From: Patescibacteria group bacterium
GTDB taxonomy: Bacteria > Patescibacteriota > Minisyncoccia > Phycocordibacterales > JAKFXT01
Assembly: GCA_038063555.1 (NCBI GenBank)
Contig: JBBTUX010000010.1
Location: 22,936 to 86,935, forward strand
Direction of reading: 5' to 3'
DNA length: 64,000 bases
Position 1 is the first letter of the stretch. Every line of letters begins with the position of its first letter. Position numbers and translations under genes: made by a program. Below the pieces are notes generated by a model. The model saw only the letters and a program-made list of their open reading frames with translations, was not told where the DNA came from and searched no databases. Positions 44,301-54,279 of this stretch are shown piece after piece.

Positions 44301-46826
44301 TTAATTGAGTTTAAAATTTAGAGGGAAAAACCTCTCAACTTTTAAACCAGAGGCATTGTAACCGATAATTTTAAGCAAGTTTTCTTCTCTAATAATTCCA
44401 GCAATTTCTCTGTTATTAAAAGAAACATAAAAAGGACTGTTTTTGTATATTCCAATTAAATTATTATTTAGAAATATTTCAACTTTTGATAATCGCGAAG
44501 ATCCTGCGGAAACAACTGTGAAAGAAATTGGAGAAGAAGGTGCGTGTTCAGATTTTTCATCATAACCAATAACATCAAAAGAAACTTCACTCAAAGGGGC
44601 CGTTGAGAAAATGTTTGGTTTAATTGCATCAGTCCCGTACCCATTTGCTACGGCCCACTTTCTAACAGCAAACTCCCAATGAGAAAATTGAGAATCTTCG
44701 TTTGGGTCACTTGGCGGGATTCCGTTTTGTGGGTCATTTTTATTTATCCACTTTAAGATAGAGTGAACCGAGGGGACAATTTTTTCTTGCAACTTTTCTT
44801 CTGGGTAATTTTTATCAACTATAACTCCCGTGTATTTATCCACAAAGTAGGTTTCGCCACCCTGCCAAATCCCACGCAAAACAGGAGACAGACCATCTGT
44901 GTTAATAGGTGCCGCCTGGTGGAATCTTTCATCGGGAAGGGTGGAGATAGCATAAACCATAAATTCATGCCACATTGGGGCCACAATTTGCCCAGCCACT
45001 TTTTTTTCCATCGGTCTGTTATCGTTATTCCCCGCCCAAGAGCCAACCGCAAGTGAAGGGGTGTATCCTACCACCCAAGCGTCCCTATAATCGTTTGTGG
45101 TACCTGTTTTTGCCGCCACTTGGTGGTCGGGAAAATAAAGGGTGGAACGTTCTCCAAAGAGAGGTGAGCGAGCCTTATCATCAGATAAAATATCTGAAAC
45201 TATACGGGCAACATCGCTTGGCAAAGCGTTATTTTGTTGCGGTTCAAATGACTCCAGTATTTCACCGGAACCATTCTCTACCAACAAAATACCATTGGGC
45301 ACACTTTTTATACCGTCGTTTGCAAGGGCTCCGTAACCACCGGTCAATTGCAGAAGAGTTACTTCTCCACCTCCCAAAACCAAAGTTAATCCGTAACGGT
45401 CCGGATCATTAAGAGTGTTAATGCCAACGTCCTCGGCTGTTTGCAAAACATCTTTCATTCCAGAAAGATATAAAACTTTTACCGCGGGTATATTTAAGGA
45501 CTGAGCTAGAGCGTTCCGCAAAGAAACCGGGCCTCTAAATATTTGGTCATAATTTTCAGGGTTATAACAAATTGTTTCTGGGTCATCGCTAGTATAAAGC
45601 GGTTTACTCTCATCATCACAACGAGTAGAAAATTCAGTTTCAAGGTCAAAAACCATTGTGTCCGGGGTGTAACCTTTTTTGAAAGCGGTGGCATAAACAA
45701 AAGGTTTAAAAGAAGACCCGGGTTGTCTTTTGGCTAAAACCACATTAACATTGCCGTCTATTTCTTTGTCAAAATAATCGCGCGAACCAACCATTGCTAA
45801 AATTTGTCCTGTTTTGGGGTCAAGGGCTACCAGTCCAGCATTTTCTGCGTTAAATTTACCTTTGTTTAAAAGAGCGTATTTTTTTACAATTTCTTCCGCT
45901 TTTTGTTGCATGGGGACATCAATTGTGGTGATAATTTTTAAACCCTCTTCTTCCAAAGCCCGTTTACCATACTTTTCTTCCAGAATGCTTCTTAAATAAA
46001 AAACGAAGTGGGGAGCAACGATACCAATTCTTTGTGGTGGCTTAAACTCAACCTTTTCTTTTTGAGCGGAGAGATATTCCGTTTCGTTTATTAAATTATT
46101 TTCATACATTTTCCCTAACACCGAATTTTTTCTATCAGTCAATTCATCTCTGTGATTTCCGTAAGGTGAATAATAGCTTGGCGCCTGTGGCAGAGAAGCC
46201 AAGTAGGCCGATTGAGGAAGATTCAAGGAAGAAGCGCTAACACCAAAAAAAGCATGGCTAGCTTCTTCGGCTCCATAAATATTTCCCCCGTATGGGCTTT
46301 CGTTTAAATAGATCTCCAAAATTTGGTCTTTGGAAATAACCCGCTCAAGTTTTATTGCCAAAACCCACTCCTTCAACTTACGGGCAATGCTCTTGTCTCT
46401 GGTTAGAAGAGAATTTTTTACTACTTGTTGCGTAATGGTAGAACCGCCCTGAGAAAAACCCAAAGAAGTGGCGTTTACTAAAACGGCGCGAAGAAAAGAA
46501 AGAGGCCGTATCCCTTTGTGTTGGTAAAAAGTGTCATCTTCAATTGCCACAGTCGCTTTTTGTAAATAGGGGGATATTTCTGAAAGAGGGACTTCGCTTC
46601 GGCGCACATTTTCTTGTATGTTAAAAAGTAAAATTTTTCCCGTTCTGTCAAAAAACTTGGTTGATTGAGAAACTACGCGAGTATTAAAAGAATTCACGTC
46701 AGGAAGCTGCAATCTAGCCGCCCAAACAAGAATAAGTCCGGTGGTTAATAAACCCAAAGCAAAGATATTAAGCCAAATCTTTTTGGCAAGCCGTTTTTTG
46801 CTTTTTCGAACAACACGGTGATACAT
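44301..46826 (-). CDS. Class A penicillin-binding protein (PBP1A-like)
   Basis: AIEDDTFYQH, QGGSTITQQ, RKLKE; SSFK, SLN, KTGT. Confidence 0.94.
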   Translation of the reverse strand: MYHRVVRKSKKRLAKKIWLNIFALGLLTTGLILVWAARLQLPDVNSFNTRVVSQSTKFFDRTGKILLFNIQENVRRSEVPLSEISPYLQKATVAIEDDTFYQHKGIRPLSFLRAVLVNATSLGFSQGGSTITQQVVKNSLLTRDKSIARKLKEWVLAIKLERVISKDQILEIYLNESPYGGNIYGAEEASHAFFGVSASSLNLPQSAYLASLPQAPSYYSPYGNHRDELTDRKNSVLGKMYENNLINETEYLSAQKEKVEFKPPQRIGIVAPHFVFYLRSILEEKYGKRALEEEGLKIITTIDVPMQQKAEEIVKKYALLNKGKFNAENAGLVALDPKTGQILAMVGSRDYFDKEIDGNVNVVLAKRQPGSSFKPFVYATAFKKGYTPDTMVFDLETEFSTRCDDESKPLYTSDDPETICYNPENYDQIFRGPVSLRNALAQSLNIPAVKVLYLSGMKDVLQTAEDVGINTLNDPDRYGLTLVLGGGEVTLLQLTGGYGALANDGIKSVPNGILLVENGSGEILESFEPQQNNALPSDVARIVSDILSDDKARSPLFGERSTLYFPDHQVAAKTGTTNDYRDAWVVGYTPSLAVGSWAGNNDNRPMEKKVAGQIVAPMWHEFMVYAISTLPDERFHQAAPINTDGLSPVLRGIWQGGETYFVDKYTGVIVDKNYPEEKLQEKIVPSVHSILKWINKNDPQNGIPPSDPNEDSQFSHWEFAVRKWAVANGYGTDAIKPNIFSTAPLSEVSFDVIGYDEKSEHAPSSPISFTVVSAGSSRLSKVEIFLNNNLIGIYKNSPFYVSFNNREIAGIIREENLLKIIGYNASGLKVERFFPLNFKLN

Positions 46827-46900
46827 TTCATTAATCCTAGCAAAAAACAGCCCTCAAACAAGAGATTTTATAAATTCTGGCGACATGATAAAGTTATAGA

Positions 46901-48112
46901 ATGTTTGGTTTTGCCGCGAACAAAAAAGCCCTAATACCCAAAGAAAACGAGGTGGGTGAGTTTCTTTCCCGCGGAGTAGCCGAAGTTGTTGATAGAAACG
47001 AATTTAGAAAACTGCTTTTGGGTGGCAAGCCCCTGCGTATTAAATTGGGAATAGACCCGACCAGTCCGAATATTCATTTGGGGCGCGCCGCGGTGCTTTG
47101 GAAATTGAAAAAACTGCAAGATTGGGGGCATAAAATAGTTTTAATTGTGGGAGACTTTACCGGTGTTATTGGGGACTCATCTGATAAAGAAAGTGAAAGA
47201 CCAATGCTTTCTAAGGAAGAAGTGGAACAAAATATGAAAAATTATTTTTCCCAAATGGGGAAAATAATAAATTTGGCATCGGCTGAGCAGTACCACAATT
47301 CAAAATGGCTTTCCAGAATAACTTACGCTGAATTGGGTGCCCAAGCCGACAGGTTCTCTCTTTCTGATTTTATAGCAAGAGAAAATATAAAGCGCCGGCT
47401 TGATAAAGGAACAAGAGTTTCTCTGCGCGAACTCCTTTATCCCTTAATGCAAGGATACGATAGCGTGGCCGTCAAAGCCGACATTGAATTTGGCGGAACG
47501 GACCAACGCTTCAATCTTCTGTCGGGAAGAACATTACAAACTTATTACAAACAAAAACCGCAACAGCTCATGACACTAGAACTTTTGCCAGGGCTTGATG
47601 GCAGGAAAATGAGTTCTAGTTGGGGTAATACCATAAACATAAATGACAGTGCCGAAAACATGTATGGCAAAACAATGCGTCTCCCAGATAGTTTGGTGAA
47701 AATTTATTTTAAACTAGCAACAAATCTTCCAATGGATGAAATTGAAAGCGCGATGGCTTCCCTTAGAGAAAACAAAATACACCCAAAGGAAGTTAAAATG
47801 AAGTTAGCAAGAACCATAACGGCAATGTATTATGGCCAAAAAGTTGCGATTGAAACAGAGCAAAATTTTGTTAAAAAATTTACTGAAGGAGTAGAAGCAG
47901 AAAATATTCCAACAGAAAAACTTATTGGCAGTGAACTTTTGGTGGATGTTTTCTTGCGTGCCAAAGTAATTGAATCAAAATCAGAGTTTGCCAGACTAGT
48001 TTCAAGTGGTTCAATTGAAATTCTTGGCGGACCAAAAATTGTTAATGGTAAGGCTCCAGCTCTCCGCAAAACATACAGAATAGGAAAACACCGATTTCTT
48101 AAAATAATTTAA
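46901..48112 (+). CDS. tyrS: Tyrosine--tRNA ligase
   Basis: LGIDPTSPNIHLG, YPLMQGYD, GGTDQRFN, KMSSS. Confidence 0.96.
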   Translation: MFGFAANKKALIPKENEVGEFLSRGVAEVVDRNEFRKLLLGGKPLRIKLGIDPTSPNIHLGRAAVLWKLKKLQDWGHKIVLIVGDFTGVIGDSSDKESERPMLSKEEVEQNMKNYFSQMGKIINLASAEQYHNSKWLSRITYAELGAQADRFSLSDFIARENIKRRLDKGTRVSLRELLYPLMQGYDSVAVKADIEFGGTDQRFNLLSGRTLQTYYKQKPQQLMTLELLPGLDGRKMSSSWGNTININDSAENMYGKTMRLPDSLVKIYFKLATNLPMDEIESAMASLRENKIHPKEVKMKLARTITAMYYGQKVAIETEQNFVKKFTEGVEAENIPTEKLIGSELLVDVFLRAKVIESKSEFARLVSSGSIEILGGPKIVNGKAPALRKTYRIGKHRFLKII

Positions 48113-48142
48113 AAACTCCTCTTTTGGAGGAGTTTTTAAATT
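48106..48142. terminator. Bidirectional terminator
   Basis: AATTTAAAAACTCCTC..GAGGAGTTTTTAAATT between convergent genes. Confidence 0.75.
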
Positions 48143-48367
48143 TTAGAGACAATCTTTTTCTTCGGGTTCAAAGTCCATTTTGTCAGCGTCCAATTCATCG
48201 TCGCTCAAAGCTCCCAAACCATCTGAAATACCCGTTTTTCCTTCTAAAGCAGGGTCTAATGTAACTCCCATAAGGTCGTCATCGTCAGGGTTTATTTTGG
48301 CATTTCCCACAATTTCTATATTTTCCTTTTTAAAATCCTCGTTGAGGTCGTCTTGATTTGAATCCAT
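48143..48367 (-). CDS. Small acidic hypothetical protein
   Basis: 74 aa, D/E-rich. Confidence 0.6.
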   Translation of the reverse strand: MDSNQDDLNEDFKKENIEIVGNAKINPDDDDLMGVTLDPALEGKTGISDGLGALSDDELDADKMDFEPEEKDCL

Positions 48368-48442
48368 ACCTTTTAATTACTTGCATGCTACTTATATGCC
48401 CATTTTGTAACATAAGCGCTTTTTTTTGTAAATATTATTTTT

Positions 48443-48928
48443 TTAACCTGTGGATAATTGACGAAAAGAGGCAGAAGCCGTCAGGGCAACCGCAATAGCA
48501 TCATACTCATCATCAATCATTTTTCTTGCAGGGATTTTTATCAACTTTGAAATCATAAACTCCACTTGTCTTTTGTCGGCTCTGCCATAACCGATAATTG
48601 CGTTTTTGATTTGTAGCGGAGTGTACTCAACCACCCTCGCTTTATTTTTTTTAGCTATATATATAATTGCTCCGCGAACCTCGGCAACGCGCATAACCGT
48701 TTTTTGGTTTTTATTTAAAAAAAGGTTTTCTATGGATAAAAGATCTGGTTTATATTTATTAATTATCTTTTCCACTTTTTCCCCGATAAGGACCAATCTT
48801 TCCGCAAAAGGTAGCTTGGCAGAAGTTTTGAAGCACTCACTGTGTAATAATTTTTCTTCACCTCTTTTTCCTTGAATAACCGCAATTCCAAGTCGTTCAT
48901 ATCCTGGGTCAATGCCAAGTACTTTCAT
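48443..48928 (-). CDS. ruvC: Holliday junction resolvase RuvC
   Basis: VLGIDPG, IENLF, EYTPLQIK, DDEYDAIAVA. Confidence 0.95.
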   Translation of the reverse strand: MKVLGIDPGYERLGIAVIQGKRGEEKLLHSECFKTSAKLPFAERLVLIGEKVEKIINKYKPDLLSIENLFLNKNQKTVMRVAEVRGAIIYIAKKNKARVVEYTPLQIKNAIIGYGRADKRQVEFMISKLIKIPARKMIDDEYDAIAVALTASASFRQLSTG

Positions 48929-48933
48929 AATAA

Positions 48934-49473
48934 TTATTCTTGCAGTTCTGCGTTGGTAAAAACTTCTTGTACTTCATCATTACTTTCCAATTTTTCCATT
49001 AAATTTATCAAAGAGGAGCTGGCTTCTTTTGAGAGAGATGTCATTATTGATGGTTCAAAACTATTTTCTGTTTTTTCAAACGCCCACATAGCGCTTCCTT
49101 TGGCTCCAAGAGAGCCCCCATTTTTAGAAAGAATATGTTTTATTTCTTGTGTCGCCTTATTTCTATTATCGGTCAAAACCTCAATTAAAAGTGCGGCACC
49201 GCCTGCGCCATAGGCTTCATAAGTTAAAGATTCCATTTCTGCGCTATTTACACTCACTCCTTTTTTGATGGCTCTTTCTATTGTGTCTTTGGGCATATTT
49301 TCTTTTTTGGCTTTTTCAATTGCCGCTCTTAATTCCGGTGCGTTCACATCACCTCTACATTTTTTGGAAGCTACAGCTAGAAAACGTCCCAGTTTACCGA
49401 ATAATTTAGAACGCGCCGAATCCGCCGCTCCTTTAGCTCTTTTTATTTGCGCCCATTTAGAGTGTCCTGCCAT
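48934..49473 (-). CDS. yebC: YebC/PmpR family protein (short form)
   Basis: MAGHSKWAQIKR, NMPKDTIERAI, YEAYG, LTDNRN. Confidence 0.94.
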   Translation of the reverse strand: MAGHSKWAQIKRAKGAADSARSKLFGKLGRFLAVASKKCRGDVNAPELRAAIEKAKKENMPKDTIERAIKKGVSVNSAEMESLTYEAYGAGGAALLIEVLTDNRNKATQEIKHILSKNGGSLGAKGSAMWAFEKTENSFEPSIMTSLSKEASSSLINLMEKLESNDEVQEVFTNAELQE

Positions 49474-49577
49474 AATTAACAGTTTAACCGTCTAAATTTT
49501 GAAAAGCAAAATTTAAGAAGACGAAGAGAATCTGTTTTTCAGCAAGGTGGAGTTTGGAGCGCTAGTAAAAAACAATT

Positions 49578-49868
49578 TTATTTTCTTAAATGAAAAGAGG
49601 GAAGTGGAGAATGTCCCAAAGAATTGTGAATTGTAGTATGAATTTTATCCCCCCTAATTTCAAAATGTGGATGAAGCGAGGTTCCTTCTGGATGAAATTC
49701 GGTGCGATACACTTTATTGTTGCGCACTTCATACCAAGGTAAAACTTTCGCGCCGTCCTTATGATGAATAGTAGTAAAAATATGATTACCTCTCATTTCA
49801 AATTGTGGTGTGGCGCTGTGAACTCCGCCGGCTTCATGATCTAAAGAATGTAGGAAAGTTCGATCCAT
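49578..49868 (-). CDS. His-rich internal-repeat protein
   Basis: Three ~23-aa repeats (F/Y)E.R.....T.....G. Confidence 0.65.
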   Translation of the reverse strand: MDRTFLHSLDHEAGGVHSATPQFEMRGNHIFTTIHHKDGAKVLPWYEVRNNKVYRTEFHPEGTSLHPHFEIRGDKIHTTIHNSLGHSPLPSFHLRK

Positions 49869-49872
49869 TTTT

Positions 49873-50886
49873 TTAGAGTAATTTATTTTGCGGGTTTATC
49901 GGCGGATTTTTTCCAAGATGTGTAAAACCGCGTTCCGTTACCACCCTGCCTCTTGGTGTTCTTTCTAAAAGTCCCAATTGCATCAAATATGGCTCATGCA
50001 CTTCTTCCACCGTTCCTTCGTCTTCGGAAAGTGCCGCGGCAATGGTTGTAAGTCCAACAGGGCCACCATTAAATTTATCAATTAGCATTGTTAAAAGGGA
50101 ACGGTCAGCGTTTTGTAGTCCCAATTTATCAACCCCCAAAAGTGAAAGTGCCTCATCGGCCATTTTTTTACTCAAAGATTCTTTTTGTACTTGAGCAAAA
50201 TCGCGACAACGTTTTAATAAATAATTGGCAACGCGCGGAGTGAAACGGCTACGTTTACCAATTTCCAAAACAGCCTCTTTTTCAGCGTTTATTCCCAAAA
50301 GTTTAGCTGAGCGCGTAATAATTTTTTCTATTTCTTCTTGTGTGTAAAATTCAAGACGAAAAACTCCTCCACCAAAACGACTTCTTAAAGGAGAGGAGAG
50401 GAGAGCCATACGAGTGGTTGCGGCAATTAGTGTAAAGGGAGGCAACTCAAGCTGTATAGTTCTTGCTGAAGGTCCTTTGCCGATAATGATATCCAAAACC
50501 CCAGATTCCATTGCTGGGTAGAGAACTTCTTCAATTGTTTTATTTAAGCGATGAATTTCGTCTATAAAGAGAACGTCTTTAGGGGTGAGGTTGGTAAGAA
50601 TTGAAGCAAGATCCCCCACTTTTTCAATTGCAGGGCCCGACGTAATTTTTATACCGCTGCCGATTTCTTTGGCTATTAAATGTGCCAAAGTTGTTTTACC
50701 AAGTCCCGGAGGTCCATAAAAAAGGAGGTGTTCCGGAGCATGATTACGTTCTTTAGCGGCAGAGAGTAAAATTTCTAAATTTCTCTTTATTTTTTCTTGG
50801 CCAACATACTCTTCAAAGGAAGAGGGACGTAGGGCCTGATCTAAATAAGTATCTTTTCCGCTTTGCCCTTCGTTTTTCTTATTCAT
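49873..50886 (-). CDS. ruvB: Holliday junction branch migration helicase RuvB
   Basis: LRPSSFEEYVGQ, GPPGLGKTT, FIDEIHRL, EPYLMQ..RTPRGR. Confidence 0.97.
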   Translation of the reverse strand: MNKKNEGQSGKDTYLDQALRPSSFEEYVGQEKIKRNLEILLSAAKERNHAPEHLLFYGPPGLGKTTLAHLIAKEIGSGIKITSGPAIEKVGDLASILTNLTPKDVLFIDEIHRLNKTIEEVLYPAMESGVLDIIIGKGPSARTIQLELPPFTLIAATTRMALLSSPLRSRFGGGVFRLEFYTQEEIEKIITRSAKLLGINAEKEAVLEIGKRSRFTPRVANYLLKRCRDFAQVQKESLSKKMADEALSLLGVDKLGLQNADRSLLTMLIDKFNGGPVGLTTIAAALSEDEGTVEEVHEPYLMQLGLLERTPRGRVVTERGFTHLGKNPPINPQNKLL

Positions 50887-50979
50887 AGTTTATTTTTTTG
50901 GAGTTATGGTCATTGTATCACGCAAAAAAGAGCCCCAAAAACTGCCCCCAAAGAGAAAAGATATGACCATAAAAAACCC

Positions 50980-51008
50980 TTGACAGCAAGGAGTCTTTAT
51001 GCTACACT
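50980..51008 (+). promoter_or_regulatory. Sigma70-type promoter
   Basis: TTGACA-17-TACACT with extended -10 TG. Confidence 0.7.
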
Positions 51009-51014
51009 TCTAAA

Positions 51015-51304
51015 CAGCCCGTAAGTCTAAACCATGTCTTTTCTTTTATAAGAAAAGAGCCAAACTTACTAAATACAAGTCAAATCCAGTGCAGTATTCT
51101 CTAAGGAATTGGGTCCCCGGACCTACTGGTGTTTTCGCAAGGACGTTTTTGGTTTTTACTTTATGTAAAACACTGATTCTATCCTCAGGAAAATTCTTAA
51201 CTTTTAAAGCCTCGCTTTTAAAGTATCCCTTAGAGAATAATGAACTGGATTTGCTTGTCCTGTAGAAAATTTGGTGACCTAAATTTTCGTTAGGAGCTTT
51301 TTTT
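51015..51304 (+). ncRNA. Candidate structured ncRNA (~290 nt)
   Basis: Long-range stems 51075-51106/51228-51258, internal hairpins, terminator-like hairpin + T7; no ORF. Confidence 0.55.
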
Positions 51305-51438
51305 ACTTTACGCTCACCGTAATTTTTTGGTAGTGGCGCTCTTTCGATTTTTACTTTGTAATTTCCTCGCCAAAATTTTTTGTTATATAAAAAAATAATA
51401 AAAAACTATATAGTTTAGAAAATTTTAGCGGACAGAGC

Positions 51439-53106
51439 CTAAATTTCAAGATCTACCACCCGAATGAGTTCATCCAAGGTTGTAACTCCTTGTAAAACTT
51501 TTACCATACCATCTTCTTTAAGATTCATTATTCCTTGAACGCGAGAAACTTTTTCTATTTCTGATTCTGATGGATTTTGATTTATTATTTTATCTATGGT
51601 GTCATCCATTTTTATAGCTTCATAAATTCCAATGCGTCCCTTGTAACCCAAACCGCTACACTTATCGCAACCCACCGCTTGCCAAATTTTTTCCGTTTGT
51701 AAGTTTTCTGGTCTATCTTTTATTTCAGAAATAATAGAATCTATTATTTTTTTCTGCTCTGCCGTTGCGGGGATTTCTTTGGCGCAATATTTACAAAGTT
51801 TCCTAAGGAGTCTTTGGGCTAAAACCAAATTAACAGTGGAACTTATAATTTTTGGATTAACGTCTAAATCAATAAGGCGTGGGAAAGCTCCCGCGGCGGA
51901 ATTAGTGTGCAAAGTAGAAAGCACAAAATGTCCGGTGTTTGCCGACTGAATTGCAATTTCGGCAGTTTCTGCGTCGCGTATTTCACCAACCATAATCACA
52001 TCGGGGTCTTGGCGCAAGGCGCTTCGCAGTCCCCCGGCAAAAGTGTATTGTTTGTGATCAACCTGCGTTTGCACCGTGCCCTTTAAGTGATATTCAATGG
52101 GGTCTTCAATAGTTATTATTTTTATTTCTGGATTATGTATGCGACGTAAAAACGCGTAAAGAGTGGTGGTTTTACCCGACCCGGTAGGACCCGTGGTTAA
52201 AAGCATCCCATTTGGTTTTTTTATTTCTTTATCAAGAATTTGGAAAAGTTTTTCTGGAATCCCCAATTCTTCCATAGGAACTTGTATGGATTTTGGGTTT
52301 AGTATGCGCATTACAACAGATTCGCTATAAGCGCCCGGCAAAAGGGAGGTGCGTATTTCAATTTCTTCGTTGGTTACTTTTATAGAAAAACGTCCATCTT
52401 GGGGAAGATTTTTGACATTAAGTTTTAAACGAGAAAGAAGTTTAATTCGCGAAAGCAAAAGTTGAAAAGTTTCTTTATCGAATCTTAGGATGTCCGTTAA
52501 TACCCCATCAAGTCTGTAACGAAGACGCGTATCAGTTTCTTCTGGCTCCACGTGCACATCTGACGCGCCGAGCGCGAGTGCGCCAGAGAGAACAATTTCT
52601 AAAATACGAGAAATTCTATAACTTTTATTTTGGTGTAATACCCCTTCAATAAGTTTCACAACATCATTTAAGGTATGAACTTTAGAAAGAAAGACTTCTA
52701 TTTCTTCATTTGATATGTCTAACACACCGGCTTTTGTTTCGGAGGCAAAAGAAATTTCTTTATAGCGTCCCCAGGCTCTTTCAAGAGAGGCCTTAGAAAC
52801 CATGTAAATTTCTAATTCATATCCCTTTCGTTTCAAATCGTCCAAAGCGCTTTTGGCGGAGTCATTTTCAGGGGAGAGAACAGCTACTTTTAGTTTTCTA
52901 TTGGTAATTTCAAAAATAGCTATTTTGGCGCGGCGGGACTCATCTTCCGGTAATAATCTCAAAGCATCAGTCTCTATTGAAATACGAGAAAGATCCAAGT
53001 ATTCCACCCCATACTTTTGGGAGAGTATTATTGCTAAATCCTCCTCCTCTTTTTTCAGAAGATCACTAACTTTTTTATGAGATTTATCTTCATCAAAGCT
53101 GATCAT
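51439..53106 (-). CDS. pilB: GspE/PilB type IV pilus assembly ATPase
   Basis: ASDVHVEP, PQDGR, TGPTGSGKTT, LRQDPD, STLHTN, CKYC..CDKC. Confidence 0.92.
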   Translation of the reverse strand: MISFDEDKSHKKVSDLLKKEEEDLAIILSQKYGVEYLDLSRISIETDALRLLPEDESRRAKIAIFEITNRKLKVAVLSPENDSAKSALDDLKRKGYELEIYMVSKASLERAWGRYKEISFASETKAGVLDISNEEIEVFLSKVHTLNDVVKLIEGVLHQNKSYRISRILEIVLSGALALGASDVHVEPEETDTRLRYRLDGVLTDILRFDKETFQLLLSRIKLLSRLKLNVKNLPQDGRFSIKVTNEEIEIRTSLLPGAYSESVVMRILNPKSIQVPMEELGIPEKLFQILDKEIKKPNGMLLTTGPTGSGKTTTLYAFLRRIHNPEIKIITIEDPIEYHLKGTVQTQVDHKQYTFAGGLRSALRQDPDVIMVGEIRDAETAEIAIQSANTGHFVLSTLHTNSAAGAFPRLIDLDVNPKIISSTVNLVLAQRLLRKLCKYCAKEIPATAEQKKIIDSIISEIKDRPENLQTEKIWQAVGCDKCSGLGYKGRIGIYEAIKMDDTIDKIINQNPSESEIEKVSRVQGIMNLKEDGMVKVLQGVTTLDELIRVVDLEI

Positions 53107-53189
53107 TTATTCGTAATGATATCACAAAGCTCTAGGAAAACGGCTCAAAAAACGGCTAAGACAAGCCGTTTTCGGGGGAAGAGAATATC

Positions 53190-53218
53190 TTGACTTTTGT
53201 ATTTTTATGGTGTATAAT
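53190..53218 (+). promoter_or_regulatory. Near-consensus sigma70 promoter
   Basis: TTGACT-17-TATAAT. Confidence 0.75.
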
Positions 53219-53295
53219 TGTGGGTAGGTAAGTTTGGGATTAAAACCCCTTCGAAATTCAACAATTCTGCCACAATGGCAGGGAAAGGAATTACC

Positions 53296-53763
53296 ATGAT
53301 TCGCATCCTTCTGGCCACTTTCGTGGTGGCGCTGCTACAAGGCTGTGCTGGAATGGGAGGGCTTAACGCCCCTGACTCCGGCACATACGGCTATTTCCAG
53401 AGTGACTTCTCAATAAGTGAGCCGAGTTGCCAAGCCGTTCGTGTCCAAAGTGGTTTTTGGGCCGCAACGGAATGCCAACGCGCTTACAACCAACGTGTGA
53501 TGTCCAACCGCCAAGCCTTAGCCGCGGATCAGCGCTCACAGGCATATCAGTGGGCAGAACTTTGCGCTGAACACGCGTGGGTTGGTCCCAACGGGTTTGT
53601 AATTTACCCGTCGCAATATTGTGTGCCACGCAACCCGTATGAGAGCCAGCTTCGCGATTATGCCCAAAATCTTGGGCGTGATCGTGCTTTCCAAAAAGCG
53701 CAGATGGACAGAGATCTTCGGGATCAGGCGGCGCGACGCACGGGGGACGCTTATGTCCGCTGA
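53296..53763 (+). CDS. Orphan lipoprotein-like protein, GC-richer than flanks
   Basis: MIRILLATFVVALLQG-C lipobox; AAAGGA SD; terminator 53780-53812. Confidence 0.7.
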   Translation: MIRILLATFVVALLQGCAGMGGLNAPDSGTYGYFQSDFSISEPSCQAVRVQSGFWAATECQRAYNQRVMSNRQALAADQRSQAYQWAELCAEHAWVGPNGFVIYPSQYCVPRNPYESQLRDYAQNLGRDRAFQKAQMDRDLRDQAARRTGDAYVR

Positions 53764-53841
53764 AAGCGGACAGAAGCGGGGTCGGATGGGAGAAATTCCT
53801 CCGGCCTTTTTGTTTTTCTTAATTAGAGGTAATATCGCAAA

Positions 53842-54279
53842 ATGGTACTAAAAATAGAAAGTTTAAAAGAGTTAAAAAATTTCTCTAAGAAATTTCTTAA
53901 AGAATTAAATCCAGTAAAAACTGGCGCCACTATTTTAGCGCTTCAGGGAAATTTAGGAAGCGGTAAAACTGCTTTTGTAAAAGTTTTGGGAAAGAATCTT
54001 GGTATTAAAAAAACCATAATTAGTCCCACTTTCATTATTATGAAACTGTACGATATATCGTACAAAAATTTTAAAAAACTGATTCATGTTGATGCGTACA
54101 GATTGGAAAAAGAAAAAGAGTTGGAAGTTTTGGGTTGGCAGGAAATTTTGAAAAACCCAGAGAATTTAATTGCTATTGAATGGCCAGAAAATGTTTCAAA
54201 AGTTATTCCCCAAAGTGCCAAAAAACTTAAATTTAAATTTGTTGATGAAAAGACACGAAGTGTAAAGTCCGAGATATGA
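53842..54279 (+). CDS. tsaE: tRNA t6A biosynthesis ATPase TsaE
   Basis: GNLGSGKT, SPTF, HVDAYRL, IEWPE. Confidence 0.95.
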   Translation: MVLKIESLKELKNFSKKFLKELNPVKTGATILALQGNLGSGKTAFVKVLGKNLGIKKTIISPTFIIMKLYDISYKNFKKLIHVDAYRLEKEKELEVLGWQEILKNPENLIAIEWPENVSKVIPQSAKKLKFKFVDEKTRSVKSEI

